Source of the DNA: an uncultured Gemmatimonadaceae bacterium
GTDB taxonomy: Bacteria; Gemmatimonadota; Gemmatimonadetes; Gemmatimonadales; Gemmatimonadaceae
Direction: 5' to 3'
Length of the DNA: 64,000 nucleotides
NCBI GenBank assembly: GCA_963716745.1
Contig: OY970320.1
Coordinates: 1,664,001-1,728,000 of the forward strand
Shown: positions 49,211-60,425 of the stretch, in pieces
Position numbering within the stretch: the first letter of the stretch is position 1
Layout of the letters: every line of letters begins with the position of its first letter
Notes under the pieces: generated by a model
Seen by the model: only the letters and a program-made list of their open reading frames with translations
Databases searched by the model: none
What the model was told of the DNA's origin: nothing
Translations under genes and position numbers: made by a program

Positions 49211-49606
49211 AGCCGCAAGCGCGAGACTCACTGCACGTTTCGCCCCACGCTTCAACGCCCGATGCACCGCCCTCGCATAAGCCAGAAAATTCTGCCCAGC
49301 CGACGGATATCTCAGAAAGAATTCGAGCGGTAACATATCTCCCTTCATCCGATTACACGGCCCACACGCCACGACAAGATTTCCCGGCGCATGCGCGCCG
49401 CCTTTGGCGAGAGGGTAGACGTGATCGATCGTGGCGAAATCCAGATCGAGTGGCGCGCCGCAATAGACGCAGCGGCGGCAGCAGTCGCGCATCATCGCGC
49501 GTTTCATGGCGCGCTTGTGCTCCCGGCGGAAGATCTGGCGGATCTTTCGCTGGAGACGGCGCGGTGAGCGGGGGAGTGGAATGCGGTGAGCGCGATGTTG
49601 TGACAT
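49208..49606 (-). CDS. Stand-alone HNH endonuclease (McrA/HNH_5-like)
   Basis: CVYCG..TIDHVYPLAKGG..NLVVACGPCNRMKG. Confidence 0.88.
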   Translation of the reverse strand: MSQHRAHRIPLPRSPRRLQRKIRQIFRREHKRAMKRAMMRDCCRRCVYCGAPLDLDFATIDHVYPLAKGGAHAPGNLVVACGPCNRMKGDMLPLEFFLRYPSAGQNFLAYARAVHRALKRGAKRAVSLALAA

Positions 49607-50003
49607 TGCACCTCGCCGAAACACAGCGACGCCCGGCGGCGGGTATTTCCCGTGCCGGGCGTCGCGAAAGGAACGAAGAGGATGATGACGGAGCGGGCGC
49701 TTCGTGCGCGCCGGATGGATCGCCCGACTTCAGAGCGAACGTGCCGTGGTCGTCGTCGCAATCCAGGGTGCATGCTCTCCTGGGCTGATCGGCTCCGCTA
49801 CCATGGTGGTGACGCCACGCGGGCGTCACGCGTCACACCATTGCATCGGCGGGCGATTCGCGCAAGAGGCCCGCGCCATCGTTACCTCCGTCATACAACC
49901 TCGCCATGCCCTCTCTCAATACGCCGGCATTCGCCGCGGCGCCCGCGACCGCTTGAGCGCACGCGCCACGATCTATCCCGGTTTCTCCACCGGCGAGCGG
50001 CCC

Positions 50004-52091
50004 GTGATCCGCCGCCGCGCGAGCTGGCTCACCGACGAGACGGTGCGCTACTCGGTGATCGTCGTCGGCATCCTTGCGACGGTCGTCGGGCTCAGCACGC
50101 ACCAGTACGTCACGCCCTTCCCCTGGGCCGGCGCGCTGCTGCTGCTCGTCCTCTCGGCGGCGTCGCGCGTGTTCGGCATTCCGCTCCCCGGGAAGGGCTA
50201 CGCCTCCTTCGCCGTGGGCACCGGCATCGCGAGCATCATCGCGCTCGGCTGGTCCGCGGGCGCGGTGTTCGGCGGTGCCGGGATCTTCATCGGCGATCTG
50301 CTCGGCCGCCGGCTCCCATGGCGCAATGCGATCGGCAACACCGGCCACTTCATGACGGCCTTCGCCGTGAGCGGCTGGTTCTACTACAGTGTGCTCAACG
50401 GCGGCATGGCGAGCCTCGCATTCTCGCCCGGCAACACGTGGCGGCTCGGCATTCTCATTCTGCTCTTCATCGTCACGGCGAACGGCACGTTCTATCTGCA
50501 GCTGAAGTTGTCGCCGGCGATCGCCTGGGTGGATGCGCGGCTCACCGCGCGCTGGGAGATCACGGTGGCGGTGCTCGCCACGCTGCTCGCACTGGCCGGC
50601 CTCAAGATCGCGTACCAGCCATGGTCCACGCGCGGCACGCCCGCCGAGGGCGCCGTGCTGCTGCTGCTCGCGCTGCTCACGCATTGGCTCGCACGCCAAG
50701 GGGCGACGGGAGAGAGCATGCAACTCGTGCAGCGCATGACGAGCGTGCTCAGCGCGCGCCCCGAGCTGCATAGCTCGCTCGCCGACGTCGAACGCCTCAC
50801 GAAGACGCTCGTCCCCTGGGATGACATGGGGATCGCCGCGTACAACGCGAGCCGCCACGAGTTCGTGATCCTCGCCGACACGTCGAGCTCCGTGCCGCCG
50901 GGCACGCGCATCCCGGCCACCGACGGCATGGCCGGCGTCGCGCTGCGCAGCGGTCGCGCGGTGACCGACGCCGATGCGGCGCCGCAGGAGCGCGAGGGCA
51001 AGGGCTCCGAGATCATCCTGCCGCTCATGTACGGCGACCGCATGGTGGGACTCTGGTCGGTGCGCCATTCGCGCCGCGACATGTACCGCGATCATGACGC
51101 GGCACTGCTCGAGTACATCGCGCCACAGCTCGCGCTCTCGCTCGCGCTCGACAAGCTGATCAAGCCGGTGCTCGAAGCGAGTGAGTTCATGATGTCGCAC
51201 GTGGAGTCGATCACCGGTACCACGCAGCAACTGCACGCCTCGGCGCAGGAGAGCGCCGACAGCGCGCGGCGACTGGCCGCCACGGTGCGCGTGCTCGCGG
51301 GCACCCTGGCACGCGGATCGGACGACGCGAGATCGGCGCAGTCGATCGCCGACGGAACCGTGATCGAGGGACGCGGCACGCAGCAGAGCGGCGAGTCGAT
51401 GCTGAGCGACGCGCGCGTCGTGCGCGCGGCGACCGAGCAGGCGATGGCGCAGCTCACCGCGGCCGCGGCGATCGTGCAGCAGGGCGCGGACCAGGTGTCG
51501 CGCCTCCAGGACATCTCGAGCGCGGTGCAGCGCTTCGGCCAGACGATCACGTCGCTTGCCGACCAGACGGGGTTGCTCGCGCTGAACGCCGCGGTGGAAG
51601 CCGCACGCGCCGGCGCGCACGGTCGCGGCTTCGCGGTGGTGGCGCAGGAGATCCGCGCGCTCGCCGACCGCAGCGCGAGCGAGGCTGAGGGAATGGACCG
51701 CGCGGTGCGCGACATCCGCTCGACGCTCGAGAAGGCCGTGGCGCTCATGCAGCGCACGCGCGGCGAGGTGCTCTCCGTGGCCGACGCGAGCCGCAACTGG
51801 GTGGACGAGCTCGACCGCATCGTGATGGCGAGCGAAGGCGTCGCGGCCGCCGGCGACCGCATCGTGCGCGCCGCCCGCGACAGCGCGCAGCGCTCCGAAG
51901 AGATGTCGCACGCACTCTCTGCCGCGAAGGAGGACGCGAATCGCGCGGCGCACGAGACCGAATCAGTGGCCGGCGCCAGCTCCCAGCAGGAAGGCGCGAT
52001 CGACGGGCTGAACGACGCGGCGACACGCCTCACGGCGACGGCCCATGAGCTGGCCGCGGCCGTCGCGGCGGTGAGGGCGTCGGGAAACTAA
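50004..52091 (+). CDS. Methyl-accepting chemotaxis protein with multi-TM sensor and GAF domain
   Basis: About 7 TM segments, GAF ([12 protein letters not shown]), [31 protein letters not shown]. Start inferred. Confidence 0.88.
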   Translation: MIRRRASWLTDETVRYSVIVVGILATVVGLSTHQYVTPFPWAGALLLLVLSAASRVFGIPLPGKGYASFAVGTGIASIIALGWSAGAVFGGAGIFIGDLLGRRLPWRNAIGNTGHFMTAFAVSGWFYYSVLNGGMASLAFSPGNTWRLGILILLFIVTANGTFYLQLKLSPAIAWVDARLTARWEITVAVLATLLALAGLKIAYQPWSTRGTPAEGAVLLLLALLTHWLARQGATGESMQLVQRMTSVLSARPELHSSLADVERLTKTLVPWDDMGIAAYNASRHEFVILADTSSSVPPGTRIPATDGMAGVALRSGRAVTDADAAPQEREGKGSEIILPLMYGDRMVGLWSVRHSRRDMYRDHDAALLEYIAPQLALSLALDKLIKPVLEASEFMMSHVESITGTTQQLHASAQESADSARRLAATVRVLAGTLARGSDDARSAQSIADGTVIEGRGTQQSGESMLSDARVVRAATEQAMAQLTAAAAIVQQGADQVSRLQDISSAVQRFGQTITSLADQTGLLALNAAVEAARAGAHGRGFAVVAQEIRALADRSASEAEGMDRAVRDIRSTLEKAVALMQRTRGEVLSVADASRNWVDELDRIVMASEGVAAAGDRIVRAARDSAQRSEEMSHALSAAKEDANRAAHETESVAGASSQQEGAIDGLNDAATRLTATAHELAAAVAAVRASGN

Positions 52092-52204
52092 CTGCGCGGG
52101 AAGCGGGAAGCGGGAAGCGCCGCGGGAAGCGTGAACAGACGAGGGCTCCTCGTCAGTTCTCGCTCAACGCGGCGCTTCCCGCTTCCCGCTTCCCGCGTAG
52201 TTAG
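52088..52204. repeat. (GCGGGAA)n palindromic element
   Basis: 37-bp arms 52088-52124/52168-52204 with one G-T pair; they include both TAA stops. Confidence 0.9.
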
Positions 52205-55200
52205 GGATTCACCGTCAGCGTATTCGTATACGTTTTGAACCGCCCGCCCTTCACGATCGCCTGTCCCGTGCCCGCCGACACGCCCTTCACGTAGAAGTTG
52301 GACGTGTAGTAGACGCCCGCCGGGATCGTGATGCTCGTGGTCGCCGCGCCGGCCGAGTCGAACACGATGTTGGCGTTCGGTGCGAGGGTGAATGTCACCG
52401 CCACGGCGAGATTCCGCGCATTGCCCGACGGATCGAGCGATAGCAGTTGCACGGTCACCGAGTCGCCGGCCTTCACGCTCGCGGGCCAGCCGCTGATCAG
52501 GATCGTGCCGCTGTCCACGACGATGGTCGCCGACGCGCCGTTGTATCCCGTGGCGCTCGTGCTCAACACGTCGGTGCCGGGACTCGCGCCGGTCACCTTG
52601 AAGTTGGCGCTCGTCTGCCCGGCCGGGATCGAGACACTCGCCGGCGACGTCGCGGCGCCCGATGTGTTCGAGAGGGTGACGATGAGCGGCGGGCTCAGCG
52701 GCGGATTCGGGATCTGACGCGAACCCGTCGATGGTCTCGTCGAGGCCCAGACTGTTCGACGGGCTCAGGCCCGTGCCGACGGTCGGGATGGCGACGGTAA
52801 TCGTTCCCGTGTTCGCGGGCTGGTACTTGTAATACTTCACGCGCGCATCGCTCGCGGTGAGCACGGTGGTCCCCGCGCTCTTGTAGATCATCTTGGACGT
52901 GTTGTGGTAGTAATTGTCCTTCACGATCGTGACGGTCGCCGAGTCGGGCGCGGCTACGGCCGGGTTCGATGACGTGAGGGTCACCACCACGTTCTCGGTG
53001 GTGTAGCGCAGGTTCCCCGCCTGGTCCTCCGCGTACACGGTGGTGTTGGACGGCGGCGATGTGGTGTAGACGCTCGTCGGCGCGGAGATCTGGAACTGCG
53101 GCTGACCCACCTGCACGAAGCTCACGACCGGCGCGTAGCCTGTCGCACTCAATTTGATCTGGATGGTGCCGGTCGTGTCGAGCGCGGTGATGTCGAAGTA
53201 TCCGATGTTGCTGCCCACCGGGATCGTCGTGGTCGCAGGCACGGTCGCCACGGTCGGATCGGTGCTCACCAGATTCACGGTGACCGGCGAGCCCGTCACG
53301 GTGTTGTCCACGTACACGTACATGCCGTTCGTGCCGAGGTGCTGTCGCATTCCGAGCGTGACCGGACTGCCGAGCGTACCACCGGCGGAGATCCGCAGCA
53401 CCGGACCGGCCACGGTGATCGGCGCGGTGGAGTCGGCGTGGTACAAGTTCGCGCTGTCCTTATAGACGATGTACGCCGTGCCCGGCCCGACGAACCGCAC
53501 GTTCTCGTTCGTCGACTGATAGTTGCCCTTGAAGATGTGGATCTTCGCCGAGTCCACCTTGAGCACAGTCGTATCGGACGACGTCACTCGCACGGCCACG
53601 CTATCCAGCGTGTAGTGCGCATTACCGATCGTGTCCTCGGCGTACACGTACGTCGTGACCGGCGGCGATGTGGTGTTGTACGAGGTCCCGATGCCACCTT
53701 GCCTGAGGATGGGCGACGTGACAGTGACGGTGCCGATCACAGCGTTGTAGAACGGTGCGCTCAACGTCAGCGTCGCTTTGCCGAGGCCGAGTCCGGAGTA
53801 GTCGAAGATCGCGATGTTGTTGTTCTTCGGGACCTTGAGCGAATCGATCACGCCGAGCACCCTGGGCGCCGAGTTCGCGATGTGCAGGATCACGCTGTCG
53901 GGGCGCGCGTTCGGCGTGTAGCCGTACGCCGACGGACCGATGCGCTGCCGCAGTCCCACCGTCGCGGTGTAGAGGTACAGCCCGAGCGTCGGCGTGAACA
54001 CCGTGACCGTCTGCGTATCGGGGCGATAACCCGGCGCCGATGCGATCACGAGTCCGCTGCCGACTCCCTTGATCTGCACATGGGCCGTCTGGTTGAAGTA
54101 GGCGCCCGCCGCCACCGTGACCGACGACGAATCCGTGACCGCCACCGCGGGCGCGGTGGGCGAGAAGGAGACCTTCACGGGTGAGATCACGTTGTGCGTC
54201 GTGCCGATCGAATCCGCGGTGTACTGCGTGACCGCGATGTCGGGATAGAAGTTCGGCACGTTCACCGCGCAGCAGTACACGAGGCGCGGCGTGGTGACGA
54301 GTACCGAGTCACTGTCCGGCGCGTAGCCGGCCGCCGCGACGAAGAATTTCACTCTTCCCTTCGCATGGCCGTGCACGTCGAAGTACGCGAGAGTCTGCCC
54401 CGTGGGGATCGTGATGAGCGGCGTCACGAACGCGATCGTGGTGTCCTGGCTCGTGAGGTTGACCGTCACGGCCGAGCCCACGGCGTTCGGGATCTGCACG
54501 TAGCTGAAGTTCACCGCCTCCTGGTCGCTCCCGATAATGCGGCCGTTGGTGAAGATGATGTTGAGCGACGGCGCGATGACAGTGATCTTGATCGAGTCGC
54601 TGATGTGCCCGCCCGCGAGGAATTTCACCCACGCGTTACCGCCGAAGCCGGCGGGTTTGTAGCGCGCGCTCACGTTCGTCGCACCCGCGCCCATCGTGAC
54701 GAGCGTGTCGACGATCTTCACGATCGTGGTGTCGGTGGACACGACCTGAATGAACAGCGGGTTGATGCGGAAATGCACGGAACCGGCGGAGTCGCCGATG
54801 GAGACGCTTGAATTCTGCGCGGCGCTCGTGGTGTTGATCGTGTTCGCGCAGCACGCGAAGAGCCGCGGCGTGCTCACCGTGACCACGCGCACGGCCGACG
54901 TCCATCCCGGCGCGCTGGCCGTCTGCGTGATCTGGCCCACGCGCGGCGCACTCTCGGTGAAATACATGAAGTTGCTGTTCGCGGCGATCACCACGTTCGG
55001 CGGCGAGGTCGCGATCGTGCTGTCGGTGCTCACGAGACCCACCGTGAGCGGGTGGAACATCGTGCGCGGCGTGTACACGTAGTAGCGGTTGTCGAACTGG
55101 CCGGCGCCGATGAGGAACGTCGGGCCGGTGGCGTACGCGAGTACCGGCGCGCCGACGTTCACGCTCGATGCCGTGCCCGAGACGCCGGCCGCGGTGGGCG

Positions 55201-57973
55201 TGATGGTGGTCGTGCCCGCGGCGAGCGCGTTCAGGTTGATGTTCGCGGCCAGCTGCCCGGCCGGGATGAACGCCGGATCGGGTGAGATCGAAGCGACGCC
55301 CGCGGTGCCGTACTGCATCGCGAGATAGATGCCGCCCGCCGGCGCCGGGTCGGTGAGCAGCACCTGCGTCGCCTGGAAGTCGGTGGCGTTGAGACTGTAG
55401 TTCGCCGCGGTGAACTTCGCGTTCGCCTGCACGAGCAGCACTGCGCTGTCCTTCGCGAACTGACCGCTCGAGTCCATCGCGTACACCTCCGTCACGCCCG
55501 CGTTGCGGCCGTTCAAGTTCGCGTTCTGTGTCGTCACGCCGGCGGCGAAGGTCACCTTCGTCGGCGAGAAGAACGCGAACGTGTCTCTCACGCTCACGGT
55601 GATGTCCACCGAGGTCGCACTCGGTTTGCTCAGATAGAGCGGCAATGAGTTGTTGCTCGAGCCGCGGCCGATCGCGAGCGTGTCGTGGCCCCACGAGACG
55701 CGCGGCGGCACCGAGTTGTCGATCAGCACGAGCACCGCGTTCGAATTGATCGTGCCCGAGGTGGCGGTGATGTGCGCGCTCGCCGGCGGCTTCGAGAGCG
55801 CCGTCACGATGCCCGTCGCTGCGCCGACGCTCACGTTCGTGGGCGCATCGGAGCTCCACGTGAACGATCCGCCCGGAATGAAGAAGCCGTTCGCATCCTT
55901 GCCGCGCGCGATCAGTTGCGCCTGGCCGCCCTGGCCGATGGTGGTGGGGTCGGGTCCCGCGACGATGGTCACGAGTTTCTGCGCCACGGTGAGCGCCGCC
56001 GAACCGTTCACCGCTTGCGCGCTGGCGACGATCGCGGTGGTGCCGTTCCCCGCGGCGGTGGCCGTCTGCGTGGCGCCGATGCTCCCGGGCACCGTCGCGA
56101 CGCCGGGATTGGAGCTGGCCCACGTGAAGTTGATCCCCGGCATTACGGCGTCCAGCGTATCGTGCGCGACCGCGGTGAACACCTGCGTCTTCGCGATCGC
56201 ATCGAGCGTCACCGGAGTCGGCGTGACGGCAATGCGTGTGATCGCGCTGATCACGGTGAGCGTCGCCTTCCCCACCACGATGCCGGACGTCGCCTTCACG
56301 GTGTCGATGCCGATCGCGAGCATCGTGGGCACGAGGCCGGTCGCGTCGGGCACCGCAATGCTCGGATCGCTGCTGCTCCACGTGAACGTCGTTCCGGCCA
56401 CGGCGCTGCCGCGCGCGTCAGCCGCGCTTGCCGTGAACTGTTGCTTCGTGCCGAGGTAGCGCTGCACCGGCGTGGGCGTCACCGAGATCGACGCCACCTT
56501 CTGGATCACGAACACGTGCGCCGAGTCCTTCGTGCCGCCGGTCTCGACCGCCACGACGTACGTGGAGCCGTTCTTCACCGCCACCACGATGCCGGTGCTC
56601 GTCACCGTGACCACCGTGGGATCGCGTGACGTCCACGTGTACGAGCCCGTGGTTTGCGTTGCGCCGGTGTAGCTCTTCGCGGTGAGCGTGAGCGAGTCGT
56701 TGATCGAGAAGAGCGTATCGGGTGTCGGTGTCACCACCGTCGAAGTGATGCCCGTCGAGACGACGGTGATCACCGACGTATCCGCGACGCCACCCGCGGT
56801 GGCCGTGATGCTCGCGTTGCCGCCGGCGACGCCCGCCACGAGACCGGTGGCACTCACGGTGGCGAGCGTCGGATTCAGCGTGGCCCACACCACCGGGAAA
56901 TCCGGGTCCGGCTGGTTCTGCGAATCGGTCACCGCGGCGGTGAGTTGCAGCGTCGCGTTCTGATTCACCGAACCGGGCTTGGGCGTGATCGCGACTCTCG
57001 CCACCGGCTTCGGCAGCACGCCGATCCCGCTCGTGTCCGCCTTCCCCTCCGACGTCGCGATCACGCGCCCTGACTGCCGCGCGACGAGTCCCTTCACGAG
57101 GCCGGTCGTGTCCACGGAAATGTTCGCGTTCGTCGTGGTCCAGACGATCTTGCGGCCGGTGAGCACGTTGCCCGCGGAGTCCTTCGTGACCGCCACCATC
57201 TGCACGGTGCCATCGCGTGCGATGTCGGTCGTGTCGGGCGTGAGCACGAGCGACGCGACGGGCGGCACGACGGACACGGTCGTCGAGTCGCAGACTCCGA
57301 GCCACGTGCTCGCGACCACGTAGGTCGTGCCCATCTTCGTGTAGAGATACACCGAGCCCGCGGCCGTGACGCTCGCGATGGTTGGATCGCGCGTGATGTA
57401 GCCGAGGCGGATCTTCCCGGTGAACGCGCCGCCACCGCTCACGGTGCCGGTGGCACGCAGCGGGAAGATGCCGTTCGCGCGGCCCAGCGTGTCGCGCGGA
57501 TGGAGCGTGAGCGTCTGCAGCGCCGAGTCCGGCGCAGAATACCAGAGGTGGAGATACCCAACGCGCGTCTTGTCGCCCGACTTGGCGGTCGCGGTGTCGC
57601 GCGCGCGGAATACGGTGTCGCCGGTGGAGTCGATCGCCTGCGCATCGATGTCCACGAGCGCGGTGGATCCGGCGAGCGGCACATCCACGGAGAGGGTCGC
57701 GCTGTCACCCGTGAAGTTCGCGATGCCGACGATCGAATCGGAGTGCCCGTGCACACGCAGCAACACGCGCGCCCTCGCGAGTCCGATCACCGGCGCGGGT
57801 CCGCACGCGGCGCCGCCGCGCGCCACCTTGTGCAAGCTGAAGCTCGCACGCGCGGTGCCGCCCTGCCCCGAAGGCCGGTCGTTCAGACACGCGATGGCGA
57901 CGAGCGGCAGGCTCACGCCGATCACAAGGCGGGCCAGCCACCGGCCGCGGTGCGGCGGGTGAGCCTGCAGCAT
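52201..57973 (-). CDS. Giant (~1920 aa) surface lipoprotein with Big_2 Ig-like repeats; +1 frameshift ~52717
   Basis: Lipobox IA-C; repeated W.S.DP.(I/V)A.V..TG.V. Removing one base joins the 52201-52596 frame. Confidence 0.85.
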
Positions 57974-58127
57974 CGATTACAAGTTCCTTACTTAAATAGA
58001 GCGACTCGCGAATCTCCCACCCCCCGGCCGCCGCGTCAAGCGCCACAAAATGTGCCTGGTGGCTCCCACTCCATCCGGGGCTTATCTTTCAACGCGCTAA
58101 GCCCTTACGATCTCCGGAGAGACCCGC

Positions 58128-60258
58128 ATGGCCACACAGACCCGCGGCGAGCGCGCCGCGCGCAGCGAAGACCCCAAGGACACCGCGTCGCTCTCGCGCG
58201 ACCAGTTGCTCGCCGCCTATCGCACGATCTACATGTCGCGCCGGCTCGACGACAAGGAGATCCAGCTCAAGCGGCAGAACCGGATCTTCTTCCAGATCTC
58301 CGGCGCCGGCCACGAGGCGGTGCTCACGGCGGCCGCGATGGCCCTGCGCTCCGGCTACGACTGGTTCTATCCCTACTACCGCGACCGCGCTCTCTGCCTG
58401 CAGCTCGGCGTCACGCCCGCCGAGATGCTGTACGAAGCGGTCGGCGCCGCCATCGATCCCTCCTCCGGCGGCCGGCAAATGCCGAGCCATTGGGGACACA
58501 AGGCGTACAACATCGTCTCCACGTCGTCGCCCACAGGCACGCAGTTCCTGCAGGCCGTGGGGAGCGCCGAGGCGTCGCTGCGCACGGCGAAACTCGGCGC
58601 CGAAGAAGGGTTCCACGGCGATGAGGTGGTGTACGTATCCACGGGCGACGGCACCACGAGCGAGGGCGAGTTCTGGGAGTCGATGAACTCGGCGTGCAAT
58701 CTCAAGGCGCCGGTGGTCTATCTCGTGGAGGACAACGGCTACGCGATCAGTGTGCCGGTGGAAGTGAACACCGCGGGCGGCAGCATTTCGAAGCTGCTCA
58801 CCGGATTCCCGGGGTTGTACATCCAGAACGTGGACGGCTGCGATTTCGCGGCGAGCTTCGACGCGATGGCGAAGGCCGTGGCGTACGCGCGGGAGCGGAA
58901 GGGACCGGCGCTCGTGCACGCGAAGGTGATCCGCCCGTATTCGCACTCGCTGAGCGACGACGAAGTGATGTACCGGCCGGCCGAAGAGCGCGAAGCCGAC
59001 GCCGCGCGCGATCCGGTCACGAATTATCCGAAATGGCTGATCGCGCACGGGCACGCGAAGGAAGCGGAGCTCGCGGCGATCCGCGACGAGGTGGATGCGG
59101 CCATCCTCGCGGCCACCGACGACGCGCTCGCGCAGTCGCAGCCGGCGGCCGAGCACCGTGCACCAGTTCGTGTACTCGCCGAGCGTGGATGTGACGGGCG
59201 AGCAGTTCGACACCGAGGGCGATCCGCAGTTCGCGGGCGAGCCGACCACCATGGTGGACCTGCTCAACGCGTGCATGAAGGACGAGATGCGCCGCGACGA
59301 GAAGATGCTGATCTTCGGCGAGGATGTGGCCGACGTGTCGCGCGAGGAGAATCTCGGCAAGGTGAAGGGCAAGGGCGGCGTGTTCAAAGTGACGTGGGGC
59401 CTTCAGAAGGAATTCGGGTCGCAGCGCGTGTACAATTCGCCGCTCGCGGAAGCGAACATCGTGGGGCGCGCGATCGGGCTGGCGCTGCGCGGCTACAAGC
59501 CGGTGGTCGAGATCCAGTTCTTCGACTACATCTGGCCGGCGTACATGCAGCTGCGCGACGAGCTGGCCACCATGCGGTGGCGCTCGAACAATGCGTTCAG
59601 TGCGCCCGTGGTCGTGCGCACGACGTACGGCGGCTACATCCGCGGCGCGATCTATCACTCGCAGACGGGCGCGAGCCTCTTCACGCATTGTCCCGGGCTG
59701 CGCGTGGTGTGCCCGTCGAACGCGCTGGATGCGAACGGATTGCTGCGCACCGCGATCCGCGGCGACGATCCGGTGATCTTCCTCGAGCACAAGCATCTCT
59801 ACCGTCAGACGTACAACAAGGCGCAGTATCCCGGACCGAATTTCATGATCCCCTTCGGCAAGGCGCGCACGGTGCGCGAGGGGACCGATGTGACCGTGGT
59901 GACGTACGGCGCGACCGTGCAGCGCGCGTTCGTTGCGGCGAATCAGGTGGCGGAGCGCGGGATCAGTGTCGAGGTGATCGATCTGCGCACGCTGTCGCCG
60001 TGGGATAGCGAGGCGGTGTATGCGTCGGTGAAGAAGACGAATCGAGTGATCGTGGCATACGAGGATTCGATATCGTGGGGGTATGGGGCGGAGATCGCGG
60101 CGCGGATCGCGGATGAGTGTTTTGCGTGGCTCGATGCGCCGGTGAAGCGGGTTGCGAGTACGGATACGTTCGTTGGGTATGCGCCGCAGCTGGAAGACGC
60201 GATATTGCCGCAGGTTGACGATTTCGTGAGGGCGTACGACGAGATCACCAGCTGGTGA
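58128..60258 (+). CDS. 2-oxoacid dehydrogenase E1, fused alpha/beta (BCKDH-like); +1 frameshift ~59149
   Basis: SGAGHEA, YYRD, GRQMPSH, GDG..EGE..N, HSLSDD, GEDV, PLAE, EIQFFDY, HSQ, EHK. Confidence 0.93.
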
Positions 60259-60261
60259 AAG

Positions 60262-60425
60262 CTGCAGTCGACAGTAAACAGTCACGAGTGACTGCCAGTC
60301 GACAGTCTACGGTCAACAGGTCACAGAGAACGGATCATGAGAAAAGGCGAGCCCCGCGGTGCCAAGTCGGCATCGCGGGGCTCTCGCTTTCTAACGTCCA
60401 AGTCTAACGTCCCAGTCTGCAGTTA
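60262..60425. repeat. (ACAGTCN)n element + terminator hairpin + CTAACGTCC duplication
   Basis: 30-bp identity with 49010-49039; hairpin 60349-60383 with A/T tails; ends in GCAGTTA, overlapping the stop. Confidence 0.85.

Noticed and set aside
1465..56629. Many long antisense ORFs (e.g. 1465-3264, 30982-33201, 39178-41004, 41911-43560, 49833-51953)
   Set aside because: Shadow ORFs typical of high-GC coding DNA; Arg/Ala-rich with no motifs.
59140..59160. Separate E1 alpha and beta genes or a programmed frameshift
   Set aside because: No stop/start pair or slippery site at the break; removing one base gives the known fused form.
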